A stretch of 42,575 nt of DNA from an uncultured Candidatus Saccharibacteria bacterium. Its GTDB lineage: Bacteria; Patescibacteriota; Saccharimonadia; Saccharimonadales; JACDBH01. The stretch's first letter is position 1, and each line of letters starts with the position of its first letter. Shown here piece by piece: positions 26,264-34,293 of the stretch. The DNA lies in assembly GCA_964458165.1 (NCBI GenBank), contig CAYWFI010000001.1:1-42575 (forward strand), read 5' to 3'. The translations under genes were made by a program, and so were the position numbers. The notes beneath the pieces were generated by a model. That model had not been told where the DNA came from. It saw only the letters and a list, made by a program, of their open reading frames with translations, and did no database searches.

Positions 26264-27871
26264 GTGGCGGGTAAGGCTGGTAAAGCACTTGTTAGTGTAA
26301 TGGCACTGGGCACGTTCGTGGTTGTGCTCGATAACACCATTATGAACGTGTCGATATCTGCTTTGGTCGAGGATCTTGGCACCACTGTTTCCGGCGTGCA
26401 AGTCGCGATATCTCTGAACGCGCTTATGATGGCCGCCTTTGTGCTGATGGGCGGCAAGCTAGCCGATATTATCGGCATGCGAAAAACTTTCCTTCTCGGC
26501 GCGGTGCTGTATATCTGCGGCAGTCTGCTGGCTTCGCTCAGCAATAACCTAGCCATCTTTATTTTGGGCTGGTGTGCTATCCAGGGTTTTGGCGCGGCCA
26601 TGATGCTGCCAAACGTTAATACTATAATCAGGGCCAACATAGCAGGTGCGGCTCGGGCACAAGCCTACGGGCTGATGGCTGGAGTCAATGCCGTAGGTAC
26701 CGCTGTGGGGCCAATCATCGGTGGCTTTCTGACAACTTACTTTTCGTGGCGCTGGGCGTTTCGCCTAGAGGTAGGGGTGCTGTTGTATGTACTAATCAGA
26801 AGCACAGTTATACCTAAAGACAGTCTGCCCAAACTGCGTCCTAAGTTGGATGTTAGGGGCGTTGCATGGCAGGCCGCAGCCATGATGTTCCTGGTGGTCG
26901 GCACGCTGGCTATCGGAACTTATGGATTACTTATTGCCAAACGGCCTCTTGTTATTGGTGACTTTGAGTTCGCACCTTTGGGACTTTCCATTGTACCGTT
27001 CCTTTGGGCCGCCGGGATATTTTGTCTTTACATGTTCGCTGTCCACGAACAGCGTAATATTGCTACCAAGAAGAGCACGCTGGTCGACCTTACACTGCTT
27101 AAAATTCGTAATTTTGTCCGCGGCTTGAACGTGCGTTTTTTGCAGGTAGCACTAATCGCCGGCACGACTTTCGCCGTACCACTTTATCTGCAAGTTACCT
27201 TTGGTCTGAGCGCCTTTAACACCGGTTTCATACTCCTGGGACTTACGGCCGGTCTGCTTATTACCGCGTTGGGCGGTACGCGCAAGGGTATGCAGTACTC
27301 GCCAAAACAAAAAGTTGAATGGGGATTCCTAACTTGCATAGTTGGGCTGGCAATCATGGCGCTGACGATGCTTGTGATACAAAGCGCCTGGTGGATTATG
27401 CCCGGACTATTTGTCTATGGTTTAGGGCTTGGGCTGATCGCCTCACAGATTGTTGACCTGGTTATGTCAGCCGTTAAACCAAACCAAACCGCGGAGGCCT
27501 CCGGTATCACATCCACGCTTGAAACGCTCGGCTCCTCGGTAGGCACAGCCATTATAGGTACGGTGCTAGTCGTAGCCCTTACTAGTGGCGCGGGCCGGTT
27601 AGTGACTAACAGTACGGTATTTTCGAACGAGGCCAAAATAGAAATCAGCGATAATATGGCGAGTAGTATCCAGATAGTGTCCACCGATGTTATCTCGGAG
27701 CAGATACCAGTAGAGGGCGCGTATAAAGACGAAGCCTTGCGCATATACGATGAGGCCCGGCAGAATGCCTTTATCATAACCTTGCTCTTCATGGCAGCTG
27801 TGGCTACGCTGAGTTACGGCCTATCAAGGGGCCTACCAGCTAAAAGGGCCGTAGCATCCGCCGAGGGCTAA
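26264..27871 (+). CDS. MFS transporter, DHA2 (EmrB/QacA-like, about 14 TM)
   Basis: LDNTIMNVSI, GKLADIIGMRKTF (MFS motif A region), and many TM segments over 535 aa. AGGAG RBS before the GTG start. Confidence 0.75.
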   Translation: MAGKAGKALVSVMALGTFVVVLDNTIMNVSISALVEDLGTTVSGVQVAISLNALMMAAFVLMGGKLADIIGMRKTFLLGAVLYICGSLLASLSNNLAIFILGWCAIQGFGAAMMLPNVNTIIRANIAGAARAQAYGLMAGVNAVGTAVGPIIGGFLTTYFSWRWAFRLEVGVLLYVLIRSTVIPKDSLPKLRPKLDVRGVAWQAAAMMFLVVGTLAIGTYGLLIAKRPLVIGDFEFAPLGLSIVPFLWAAGIFCLYMFAVHEQRNIATKKSTLVDLTLLKIRNFVRGLNVRFLQVALIAGTTFAVPLYLQVTFGLSAFNTGFILLGLTAGLLITALGGTRKGMQYSPKQKVEWGFLTCIVGLAIMALTMLVIQSAWWIMPGLFVYGLGLGLIASQIVDLVMSAVKPNQTAEASGITSTLETLGSSVGTAIIGTVLVVALTSGAGRLVTNSTVFSNEAKIEISDNMASSIQIVSTDVISEQIPVEGAYKDEALRIYDEARQNAFIITLLFMAAVATLSYGLSRGLPAKRAVASAEG

Positions 27872-27967
27872 CGCAGACAGTGAGACACAAAGTTTCTTGG
27901 GCCGTGATTTGTTCTGCGTTGTAGGGCTTGATGTATGGAGCGTTATGGCGATATGACATAGTAACTT

Positions 27968-30900
27968 ATGTCTTTTATGTCAAAACTCTTGCAAAACGTG
28001 GCTATCAGGCGTAAGCTTGATGTAAAGAGTAACGTAGGAGACCGTAGAGTCGTGTATTACCATCACAAATTAGGCGTAATCAAGCCGTTTCTAGAGAAAT
28101 ACCTAAAGTTCATCATTCTGGCCGCCGCCGGGATTTTTGTTTTAATGCAGCTAAGTGTATTACTGCACTCGACAAGCGCTAGTAGCCATCTTTTGGACGG
28201 TTTTACTCAAACGGAGCTTGATACTAACTGGGAGGCAGATAGACGTTTCCCGACAAGCGGTGTCACATCGGTCAGTGCTTCTGGTCGGAGTAATGTTGCC
28301 CAACTCGGCCTGAACAGCGGGAGCACAGCAACCGCAGGGTTTGAGCGGACAGAGGGAATCAAAACTGTAGGCGACCAAAACTTTGGCAACAAAGTAGAAG
28401 TTGATTTGTACCTCGACCCTGCCTGGGAAGATACTGCCGTCCGGGCAGGCCTGTGGGTTGTCGGTGATAAAGACGACGGCTCGACTGGTACGGGTGCCAG
28501 GGATGGGAAGTTCGGCATTATCGAATTCATCAATACAAGTGAGTGTGATAGCTGTACAAGCCATCTAGACAACGCTCCTGATCTTGATTTCGCAGGCTTC
28601 CGCATCTGGGACTCCGCGACCGGATGGACAAATTATCTGGCGACACCCTTTACTTATGGTGAGTGGGTTACTCTTGGCATTACTCTTGATGCCTCTGCCG
28701 GACAGTATACGTATTCTATTAACGGCGTGAATGTAGGTACTGCCAGTGCTGGCAACCACTTCATTAGGGAGACTTTTCTTAATAGCTACAACTATGGACT
28801 TGATGTCTTCTCGAATCTAAATAGCAATAGTTATACAGCGCACTGGCACGCGGGGTTAATAGAGCCGGAGCTCAATGCCGAGAACTTCAACACGCACTCA
28901 GGCACCGACTACAAGGGCATAAGTGTTGGCTTTAACGCAAGCAACTTTGGAACCGTGACTAGTGTCGAGGTAGAAATTGAACGAGCCGATGGCTCCAAAG
29001 TCACCAAGACGGGTAATTCGGGTGTATTTGACATCATTAACGGGGCCACTACTCCTCAGCAACTATCCGCACCGTTTGTTATTCAAGAAGGTACATTTAC
29101 GGAAGCTAGTGACGTCTCTTACTGGAATCCAGCACCTGCGGTTTGGAATGCTGCAACAACTCCTGTCAAAGCCACTATCCGTGTTACTGATGAAAACGGT
29201 ACTAAGACGGCTGTAAACACAATTTTCAATCAAGGTGACCCTAGCTGGCCAACCTACGAGAGCTTGCTTCCTGCAAATATGGCACCGGTGGTAATTTTCG
29301 CCGATCCTACTCCTGCAGAAGGCTCGAGCGTTAATGGCACCATTACACCTCGCGTACTTGCCACTGATGACTACGGTATGGGCAGCTATTACATTCGATT
29401 ATGGAAAGGCGCTTTTGAATCTGGAGCAGCAAATCTCGTTTCTAACAATTGCTGGTCTGCTCCTGGTGCCTATTTGCTAGGGACAGCACAAGATGTTACT
29501 TGTCCAAGTATTGACACGAGTACACTTGATGACGGTACATATGTCCTCTCAGCCCAGTTCCAAGATGGCCACATAGTATGGGGTCAGGCACTCAGGACAT
29601 TTACGATTGATAATACTGCGCCAAATATCAGCTGGCAGCTTCAGCCAAAGGCAATCTACGGTAATGGCGATGATTTCCACGTACGTCCGATTACGTCAGA
29701 GGTAGGGACGGTAAAGTCAATCTATTTCAACACTACCGATAGCTCAAACCTTATTCGTACAGAAGACAGCGATCAGAAGAATTTCGATACCAAGAATACC
29801 CACAATCAGGCGCTCTGGGATAGCCTGCCGGAAGGCACGCACAAGTTCATCGCAGTTTTTGAAGACTACGCAGGCAACACCACAACAAGCGAAAGCAATA
29901 GTTTCATTATCGACCGCACTGGCCCGACCATTACTGTCAAGCCGGAGTCTGTCGGCAACACCACAACCAAGGTGTTTAGCAGCGTGAGTTTTGCCCTGTT
30001 CGACGCTCACCAAGTAGACAAGCTGACCCTCAACGACGTCGATAAGGACCTGACCAATAATAACTATTCTGACCTAAACGGGGTCGGCGTGAATTGGTGG
30101 TTCGGTGAAGTAGAGGGCCTCAATACGCTGGTCGTATACGATGTAGCCGGTAACTCAACTACTTATGAGTTCATCTTGGACACGATTGCGCCTGACATGC
30201 CAGTACATGAATACCCTGCTGACAACGCTGTCATCAACACTAATAACTTTAACTTTGACTGGACTGATGTAGATGGTGCGGTAGAGTACGAATTCCAGAA
30301 TTCTACCAGTCCAACCACTGGCGGCCCAAACAACGCATTAGTATCGGTAAACTTCAACAATAAAAATAACGGAACAGGTAGCCAAACTTACCTGTCCACC
30401 TCTCAGATTCATTCGTTTGGTGCGCCCGATGGCACTGTGCGCTACTGGCAAGTACGCGCTCGTGATGCCGCTGGTAATTGGAGCAACTGGACAGACCCAT
30501 GGAAGATGACCATCGACTTGACTGCCCCAACTGTGCCAGAGATTACACGCCCAACCGAAGGACAATATTTTAATACTGCGCCAATCCTAAACCAATGGGC
30601 AGCTTCAACCGATGTCAACGGAATATCCAAATACCAGATTGCATACAACTATGATGATGGCCACTCTTTTGGCAGTAGTACTTGCCCCGGACTCACCATC
30701 CCTGGCTTTACAGGATTCATAGGCTGTCGAGACGTTAGTGGTACTTCACGTAACCATGCGCCAAGTCTGAGCGAACAGGGTGGCGTGACAATTTGGGTAC
30801 GGGCTATAGATAACGCCGGTAATGTTTCCGCTTTGAGCGATCCGGTTCATTACTTCTACGACGCAACAGCTCCTGATGCTCCAACCGGTTTAGGCTGGAC

Positions 30901-31711
30901 CGACTCAGATAGCGTAGGTATTCCGCATACCGGTCACACCAATCTATTCAACGGGGTTGCTTCGTGGAGCGCCAGCAGCTCTAGTGATGTAAGCCATTAC
31001 ATCTACAAATACTGGAATGATATACCGAGTTCTCCATACAATGATGAGGCTAGTGCTTGGGTAGCTGGCGGCATAGGCGGCACTTCATTGCCGGGTGTCT
31101 TCAATCAGGGCGAAGGTGTCCACTACTTCTGCGTAGTCGCAGTAGATCATGCGGACAACCAATCACCATGCAGTACTCCGTTTGCTATAACCTACGACAT
31201 TACCGCTCCGGTAGTAGAGATTGGCGAAATTATGTCCGGCGACACAGAGATTGCTGGCATAGTCGATAGCGACGCCGTTATTGTAGAACTGAGCTTTAAT
31301 GGCGGGCCATGGTTGCCAGCTATCTACACACCGGGTGAAACAACATGGCTATTCGATATCACTGAGCTTGACGAGGATGATTACACCGTCCTGGCCCGGG
31401 CAACTGATGCAGCAGGCAACATCACTAACCCACCGGCCGAAGAAGAATTTGCCGTTAGTAGCGGTGGCGGCGTGGTAGCCGGCGTATGTGACCTTGACGG
31501 CGACGGAGTCAACGATGAATTTTGTGATGAAAGCACTACCGGTCAGATCGACGAAAGCACAGGTGAGGGCGAGCAAGTACTGGGTGACAGCACTGATCTG
31601 GCCAGCACTGGTAACCAGATTATCGGTGCTGTACTCGGCAGCGTGGCAATAGTAGCACTCGCTCTTGGTATAGCGCTGCGCAGGAAGATTACTACCACTT
31701 CCACTAAATAG
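27968..31711 (+). CDS. Large cell-surface protein: N-terminal signal/anchor, lectin-like region, multiple Ig-like/FN3-like repeats, C-terminal LAxTG-type sorting signal
   Basis: 1247 aa with six repeat boundaries of the type ..D.TAP.. (FTIDNTAPNISW, FIIDRTGPTITV, FILDTIAPDMPV, MTIDLTAPTVPE, FYDATAPDAPTG, ITYDITAPVVEI). It ends LASTG + hydrophobic segment + RRK. Confidence 0.75.
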   Translation: MSFMSKLLQNVAIRRKLDVKSNVGDRRVVYYHHKLGVIKPFLEKYLKFIILAAAGIFVLMQLSVLLHSTSASSHLLDGFTQTELDTNWEADRRFPTSGVTSVSASGRSNVAQLGLNSGSTATAGFERTEGIKTVGDQNFGNKVEVDLYLDPAWEDTAVRAGLWVVGDKDDGSTGTGARDGKFGIIEFINTSECDSCTSHLDNAPDLDFAGFRIWDSATGWTNYLATPFTYGEWVTLGITLDASAGQYTYSINGVNVGTASAGNHFIRETFLNSYNYGLDVFSNLNSNSYTAHWHAGLIEPELNAENFNTHSGTDYKGISVGFNASNFGTVTSVEVEIERADGSKVTKTGNSGVFDIINGATTPQQLSAPFVIQEGTFTEASDVSYWNPAPAVWNAATTPVKATIRVTDENGTKTAVNTIFNQGDPSWPTYESLLPANMAPVVIFADPTPAEGSSVNGTITPRVLATDDYGMGSYYIRLWKGAFESGAANLVSNNCWSAPGAYLLGTAQDVTCPSIDTSTLDDGTYVLSAQFQDGHIVWGQALRTFTIDNTAPNISWQLQPKAIYGNGDDFHVRPITSEVGTVKSIYFNTTDSSNLIRTEDSDQKNFDTKNTHNQALWDSLPEGTHKFIAVFEDYAGNTTTSESNSFIIDRTGPTITVKPESVGNTTTKVFSSVSFALFDAHQVDKLTLNDVDKDLTNNNYSDLNGVGVNWWFGEVEGLNTLVVYDVAGNSTTYEFILDTIAPDMPVHEYPADNAVINTNNFNFDWTDVDGAVEYEFQNSTSPTTGGPNNALVSVNFNNKNNGTGSQTYLSTSQIHSFGAPDGTVRYWQVRARDAAGNWSNWTDPWKMTIDLTAPTVPEITRPTEGQYFNTAPILNQWAASTDVNGISKYQIAYNYDDGHSFGSSTCPGLTIPGFTGFIGCRDVSGTSRNHAPSLSEQGGVTIWVRAIDNAGNVSALSDPVHYFYDATAPDAPTGLGWTDSDSVGIPHTGHTNLFNGVASWSASSSSDVSHYIYKYWNDIPSSPYNDEASAWVAGGIGGTSLPGVFNQGEGVHYFCVVAVDHADNQSPCSTPFAITYDITAPVVEIGEIMSGDTEIAGIVDSDAVIVELSFNGGPWLPAIYTPGETTWLFDITELDEDDYTVLARATDAAGNITNPPAEEEFAVSSGGGVVAGVCDLDGDGVNDEFCDESTTGQIDESTGEGEQVLGDSTDLASTGNQIIGAVLGSVAIVALALGIALRRKITTTSTK

Positions 31712-31729
31712 CTCGTTAATCTGATAAAT

Positions 31730-31761
31730 AAAAAACGACCTCTATGGAGGTCGTTTTTTTT
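31730..31761 (+). terminator. Intrinsic terminator (A-tract, CGACCTC-TATG-GAGGTCG, T8), potentially bidirectional
   Basis: Stem at 31736-31742/31747-31753 and T-run at 31754-31761, 20 nt after the surface-protein stop. Confidence 0.8.
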
Positions 31762-31781
31762 GCTCTCTCTATGGCAAAGTA

Positions 31782-31898
31782 TTCTTCTTATTATACATTA
31801 TCCCCTCCGGGCATAATGAGACCCGTTCGGAATAAGGTAAGCAAGCTTACTTTATTCACTCTCTATCCTCTCATTATATCACACCTGTCAAGTAAAGT
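31782..31898 (+). repeat. Motif C copy 2, split by a roughly 70-nt insertion flanked by a CATTAT direct duplication
   Basis: 31782-31801 TTCTTCTTATTATACATTAT and 31872-31898 CATTATATCACACCTGTCAAGTAAAGT together match the contiguous motif at 14519-14556. Confidence 0.5.
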
Positions 31899-31942
31899 CA
31901 ATATGCAAAAGACCTTTCTAATCTGTTATACTGGGGTTTCAG

Positions 31943-32236
31943 ATGGCAAAACTCAGCAAAGACGATATCTTAAAATTGGCTCAATTGGCTCGGCTGCGGC
32001 TGAGTAGCAAAGAAGTCGAAACTTTTCAGGCCGAAATTAGCGAAATCCTGGGTTATGTCGAAATGCTTGGCGATGTCGACACCGGAGGGCTCAAACCGAC
32101 CTATCAAGTAACTGGTCTAACCAACGTTACCCGGCCAGACGAGGTTAAGGATTACGGTGCCGGCCAGCTGGAACTGCTTAAGAATGCACCGCGGACTGAG
32201 AGAGATTATATCAAGGTCAAGAGGATGATCGGATGA
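31943..32236 (+). CDS. gatC: Asp/Glu-tRNA(Asn/Gln) amidotransferase subunit C
   Basis: MAKLSKDDILKLAQLARLRLSSKEVETFQAEISEILGYVEML matches the GatC pattern. Confidence 0.85.
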   Translation: MAKLSKDDILKLAQLARLRLSSKEVETFQAEISEILGYVEMLGDVDTGGLKPTYQVTGLTNVTRPDEVKDYGAGQLELLKNAPRTERDYIKVKRMIG

Positions 32237-32309
32237 AACTAGAAACTAGGAATCAGAAACTAGGAACTAGTAAGGGCCGGCTATTTCCTATTTCCTATTT
32301 CCTAGTTCC
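32237..32309. repeat. Heptad-periodic palindrome, family B, copy 2
   Basis: Left arm of 7-mers (GAAACTA GAAACTA GGAATCA GAAACTA GGAACTA G), loop TAAGGGCCGG, right arm CTATTTC x3 + CTAGTTC. Fills the whole gatC-gatA spacer. Confidence 0.65.
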
Positions 32310-32327
32310 TTGCGATGGAGTTGGTGC

Positions 32328-33746
32328 GTGAGTTGGCCCAAGATTTCAGATATCGCCGCCTCGGTTCGTTCGGGCGAAACATCGGCCGTGTCGCTGGTGG
32401 AAGACTCCTTGCAGCGTATCCAGGCTGCCGATGAATATAAAGCTATTATTACCACTGTGCGAGACCGAGCGCTGGAGCGCGCCGGGTTTGTTGACGAGCA
32501 AGTGCGCGCCGGCAAGAACCCTGGCCGGTTGGCTGGCGTGCCTTTTATCGCCAAAGACAATTTTTTGACTCTTGGGTCAGAAACGACTGCGGCCAGCAAT
32601 ATTCTAAAAGGCTTCGAGGCGCCGTATCAGTCAACCGTGATTGAGCGGCTGGAGGCTGAAGGCGCGATAGTGGTGGCCAAGGCCAACCTGGATGCTTTTG
32701 CGCACGGTTCATCAACTGAGAATAGTGATTTTTTTACAACACTGAACCCGCACGACAAATCACGTGTGCCGGGCGGCAGCTCGGGCGGGTCGGGCGCGGC
32801 AGTGGTGTTAGGCCTGGCGCCGTTCGCCCTGGGTTCTGATACCGGAGGCTCCATCCGCCTGCCTGCTAGTTTTACCGGCAGCGTGGGACTTAAGCCGACT
32901 TATGGCCTGACATCCCGCAGCGGCGTGGTAGCTATGGCTAGCAGCCTGGACTGTATGGGTCCGCTAACAATGCGCGTAGAAGACGCGGCATTAGTGCTGG
33001 ATATAATGGCTGGTCGGGATGAACTGGATGGCACCACGATCGAGCGTGACGAAACCAGTTATACCAAGTTGGATACAAACCTGAACGGCAAGATTATTGG
33101 CGTAGTCAAAGAATATTTTGATGATGGTCTTGATGAATCTGTCCGCGGCAACATAGAGGTAGCCATCAAAACACTGGAGAACGCCGGTGCGATTATCAAG
33201 CAAGTGAGCTTGCCGAGCTTGCCGCTGGCACTGGCCGTATACTACATTGTCTGCCCGGCAGAGGTAAGCAGCAACTTGAGTCGTTACGACGGACAACGCT
33301 ATGGCTACAGTTATCCGGACGCCAAAAATATTGCCGAAAGCTACGAGCTATCGCGCGAAAAAGGCTTTGGCACCGAAGCCAAGCGCAGGATTATGATTGG
33401 CACCTATGTGTTGAGCAGCGGCTACTACGATGCTTACTACAACAAGGCGCAAACAGTACGGACGAAACTTATCAAAGAGTTTGAAAGAGCCTTTGCTGAA
33501 GTCGATTTTTTGCTTGGGCCAACCGCGCCGTCGACCGCGTTTAAGATTGGGGAGAACACGGATGACCCACTCAAAATGTACCTGACAGATATTATGACTG
33601 TCGCGGCCAACCTGGTCGGCGTGCCGGCTATCAGCGTGCCATGCGGGGATGTGGACGGTCTGCCGGTCGGCCTGCAGTTAATGGCTCCGCAACGCCGCGA
33701 CCGCGAACTGTTGGGCCTAGCCAGGGCTTATGAGGAGCTAAAATGA
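32328..33746 (+). CDS. gatA: Asp/Glu-tRNA(Asn/Gln) amidotransferase subunit A
   Basis: Amidase signature GGSSGGSGAAV plus KDNF...TTAAS. GTG at 32328 has GGAG 7 nt upstream; the TTG at 32310 is an alternative start. Confidence 0.9.
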   Translation: MSWPKISDIAASVRSGETSAVSLVEDSLQRIQAADEYKAIITTVRDRALERAGFVDEQVRAGKNPGRLAGVPFIAKDNFLTLGSETTAASNILKGFEAPYQSTVIERLEAEGAIVVAKANLDAFAHGSSTENSDFFTTLNPHDKSRVPGGSSGGSGAAVVLGLAPFALGSDTGGSIRLPASFTGSVGLKPTYGLTSRSGVVAMASSLDCMGPLTMRVEDAALVLDIMAGRDELDGTTIERDETSYTKLDTNLNGKIIGVVKEYFDDGLDESVRGNIEVAIKTLENAGAIIKQVSLPSLPLALAVYYIVCPAEVSSNLSRYDGQRYGYSYPDAKNIAESYELSREKGFGTEAKRRIMIGTYVLSSGYYDAYYNKAQTVRTKLIKEFERAFAEVDFLLGPTAPSTAFKIGENTDDPLKMYLTDIMTVAANLVGVPAISVPCGDVDGLPVGLQLMAPQRRDRELLGLARAYEELK

Positions 33747-33749
33747 CGG

Positions 33750-33862
33750 AATTTTCAATTCTTAATTTTCAATTTTCAATCAATGCTTCAATAAGCCAAT
33801 TTTCAAATAGCGCGGCTACGCCGCTGCCTCAATTGAAAATTGAAAATTGTAAATTGATAATT
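33750..33862. repeat. Heptad-periodic palindrome, family B-like, copy 3 (AATTTTC units)
   Basis: Left arm 33750-33784 (AATTTTC AATTCTT AATTTTC AATTTTC AATCAAT) is complementary to the right arm 33828-33862 (..CAATTG AAAATTG AAAATTG TAAATTG ATAATT). Central GC hairpin GCGGC-TAC-GCCGC at 33812-33824. Confidence 0.65.
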
Positions 33863-33882
33863 GCTTCTGAAAGGAGCTGGTC

Positions 33883-34293
33883 ATGAGCACCGAACTGATC
33901 ATTGCTATCATCGGGGCCGGACTCGCCACTTTGGGTTTGATTACGTTTTTCGCCAGGCGACCGCGCAAAGACCTGAACCGCGAATATTTCAAAGGCAAAT
34001 GGAAGGAGCTACAAAAAGGCCTGGCCAAGCCGGAAACGTGGCCGATGGCAATTATCCAAGCCGACAATTTACTGGACGAGGCTCTGAAGAAGCGGCGTTT
34101 TAAGGGTAAGACCATGGGCGAGCGCCTGGTATCGGCACAAAAATCTTTGTCCGACAATGACACGGCTTGGTTCGCGCACAAGCTGCGCAACAAGCTGGTG
34201 CACGAGGTTGATGTCAAGTTGACCCAGAAAGAAGTCCAAAAAGCGCTGATGGGTCTGAGGCAGGCATTACGTGATCTAGGAGCTCTCAAATGA
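33883..34293 (+). CDS. Small membrane-anchored protein with a HEPN-like R-x4-H motif
   Basis: AGGAG RBS, N-terminal TM (LIIAIIGAGLATLGLITFF), helical domain with AHKLRNKLVHE. ATGA overlap with gatB. Confidence 0.6.
   Translation: MSTELIIAIIGAGLATLGLITFFARRPRKDLNREYFKGKWKELQKGLAKPETWPMAIIQADNLLDEALKKRRFKGKTMGERLVSAQKSLSDNDTAWFAHKLRNKLVHEVDVKLTQKEVQKALMGLRQALRDLGALK

Noticed and set aside
31744-32007. 87-aa ORF spanning the terminator T-tract and the motif C repeat, and overlapping the gatC start
   Set aside because: It starts inside the terminator hairpin, has a low-complexity hydrophobic/odd composition, and overlaps gatC out of frame.
32237-32309. Heptad repeats as a CRISPR array or minisatellite
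   Set aside because: The units are 7 nt with no spacers, and the two halves are inverted relative to each other. No cas genes are present.
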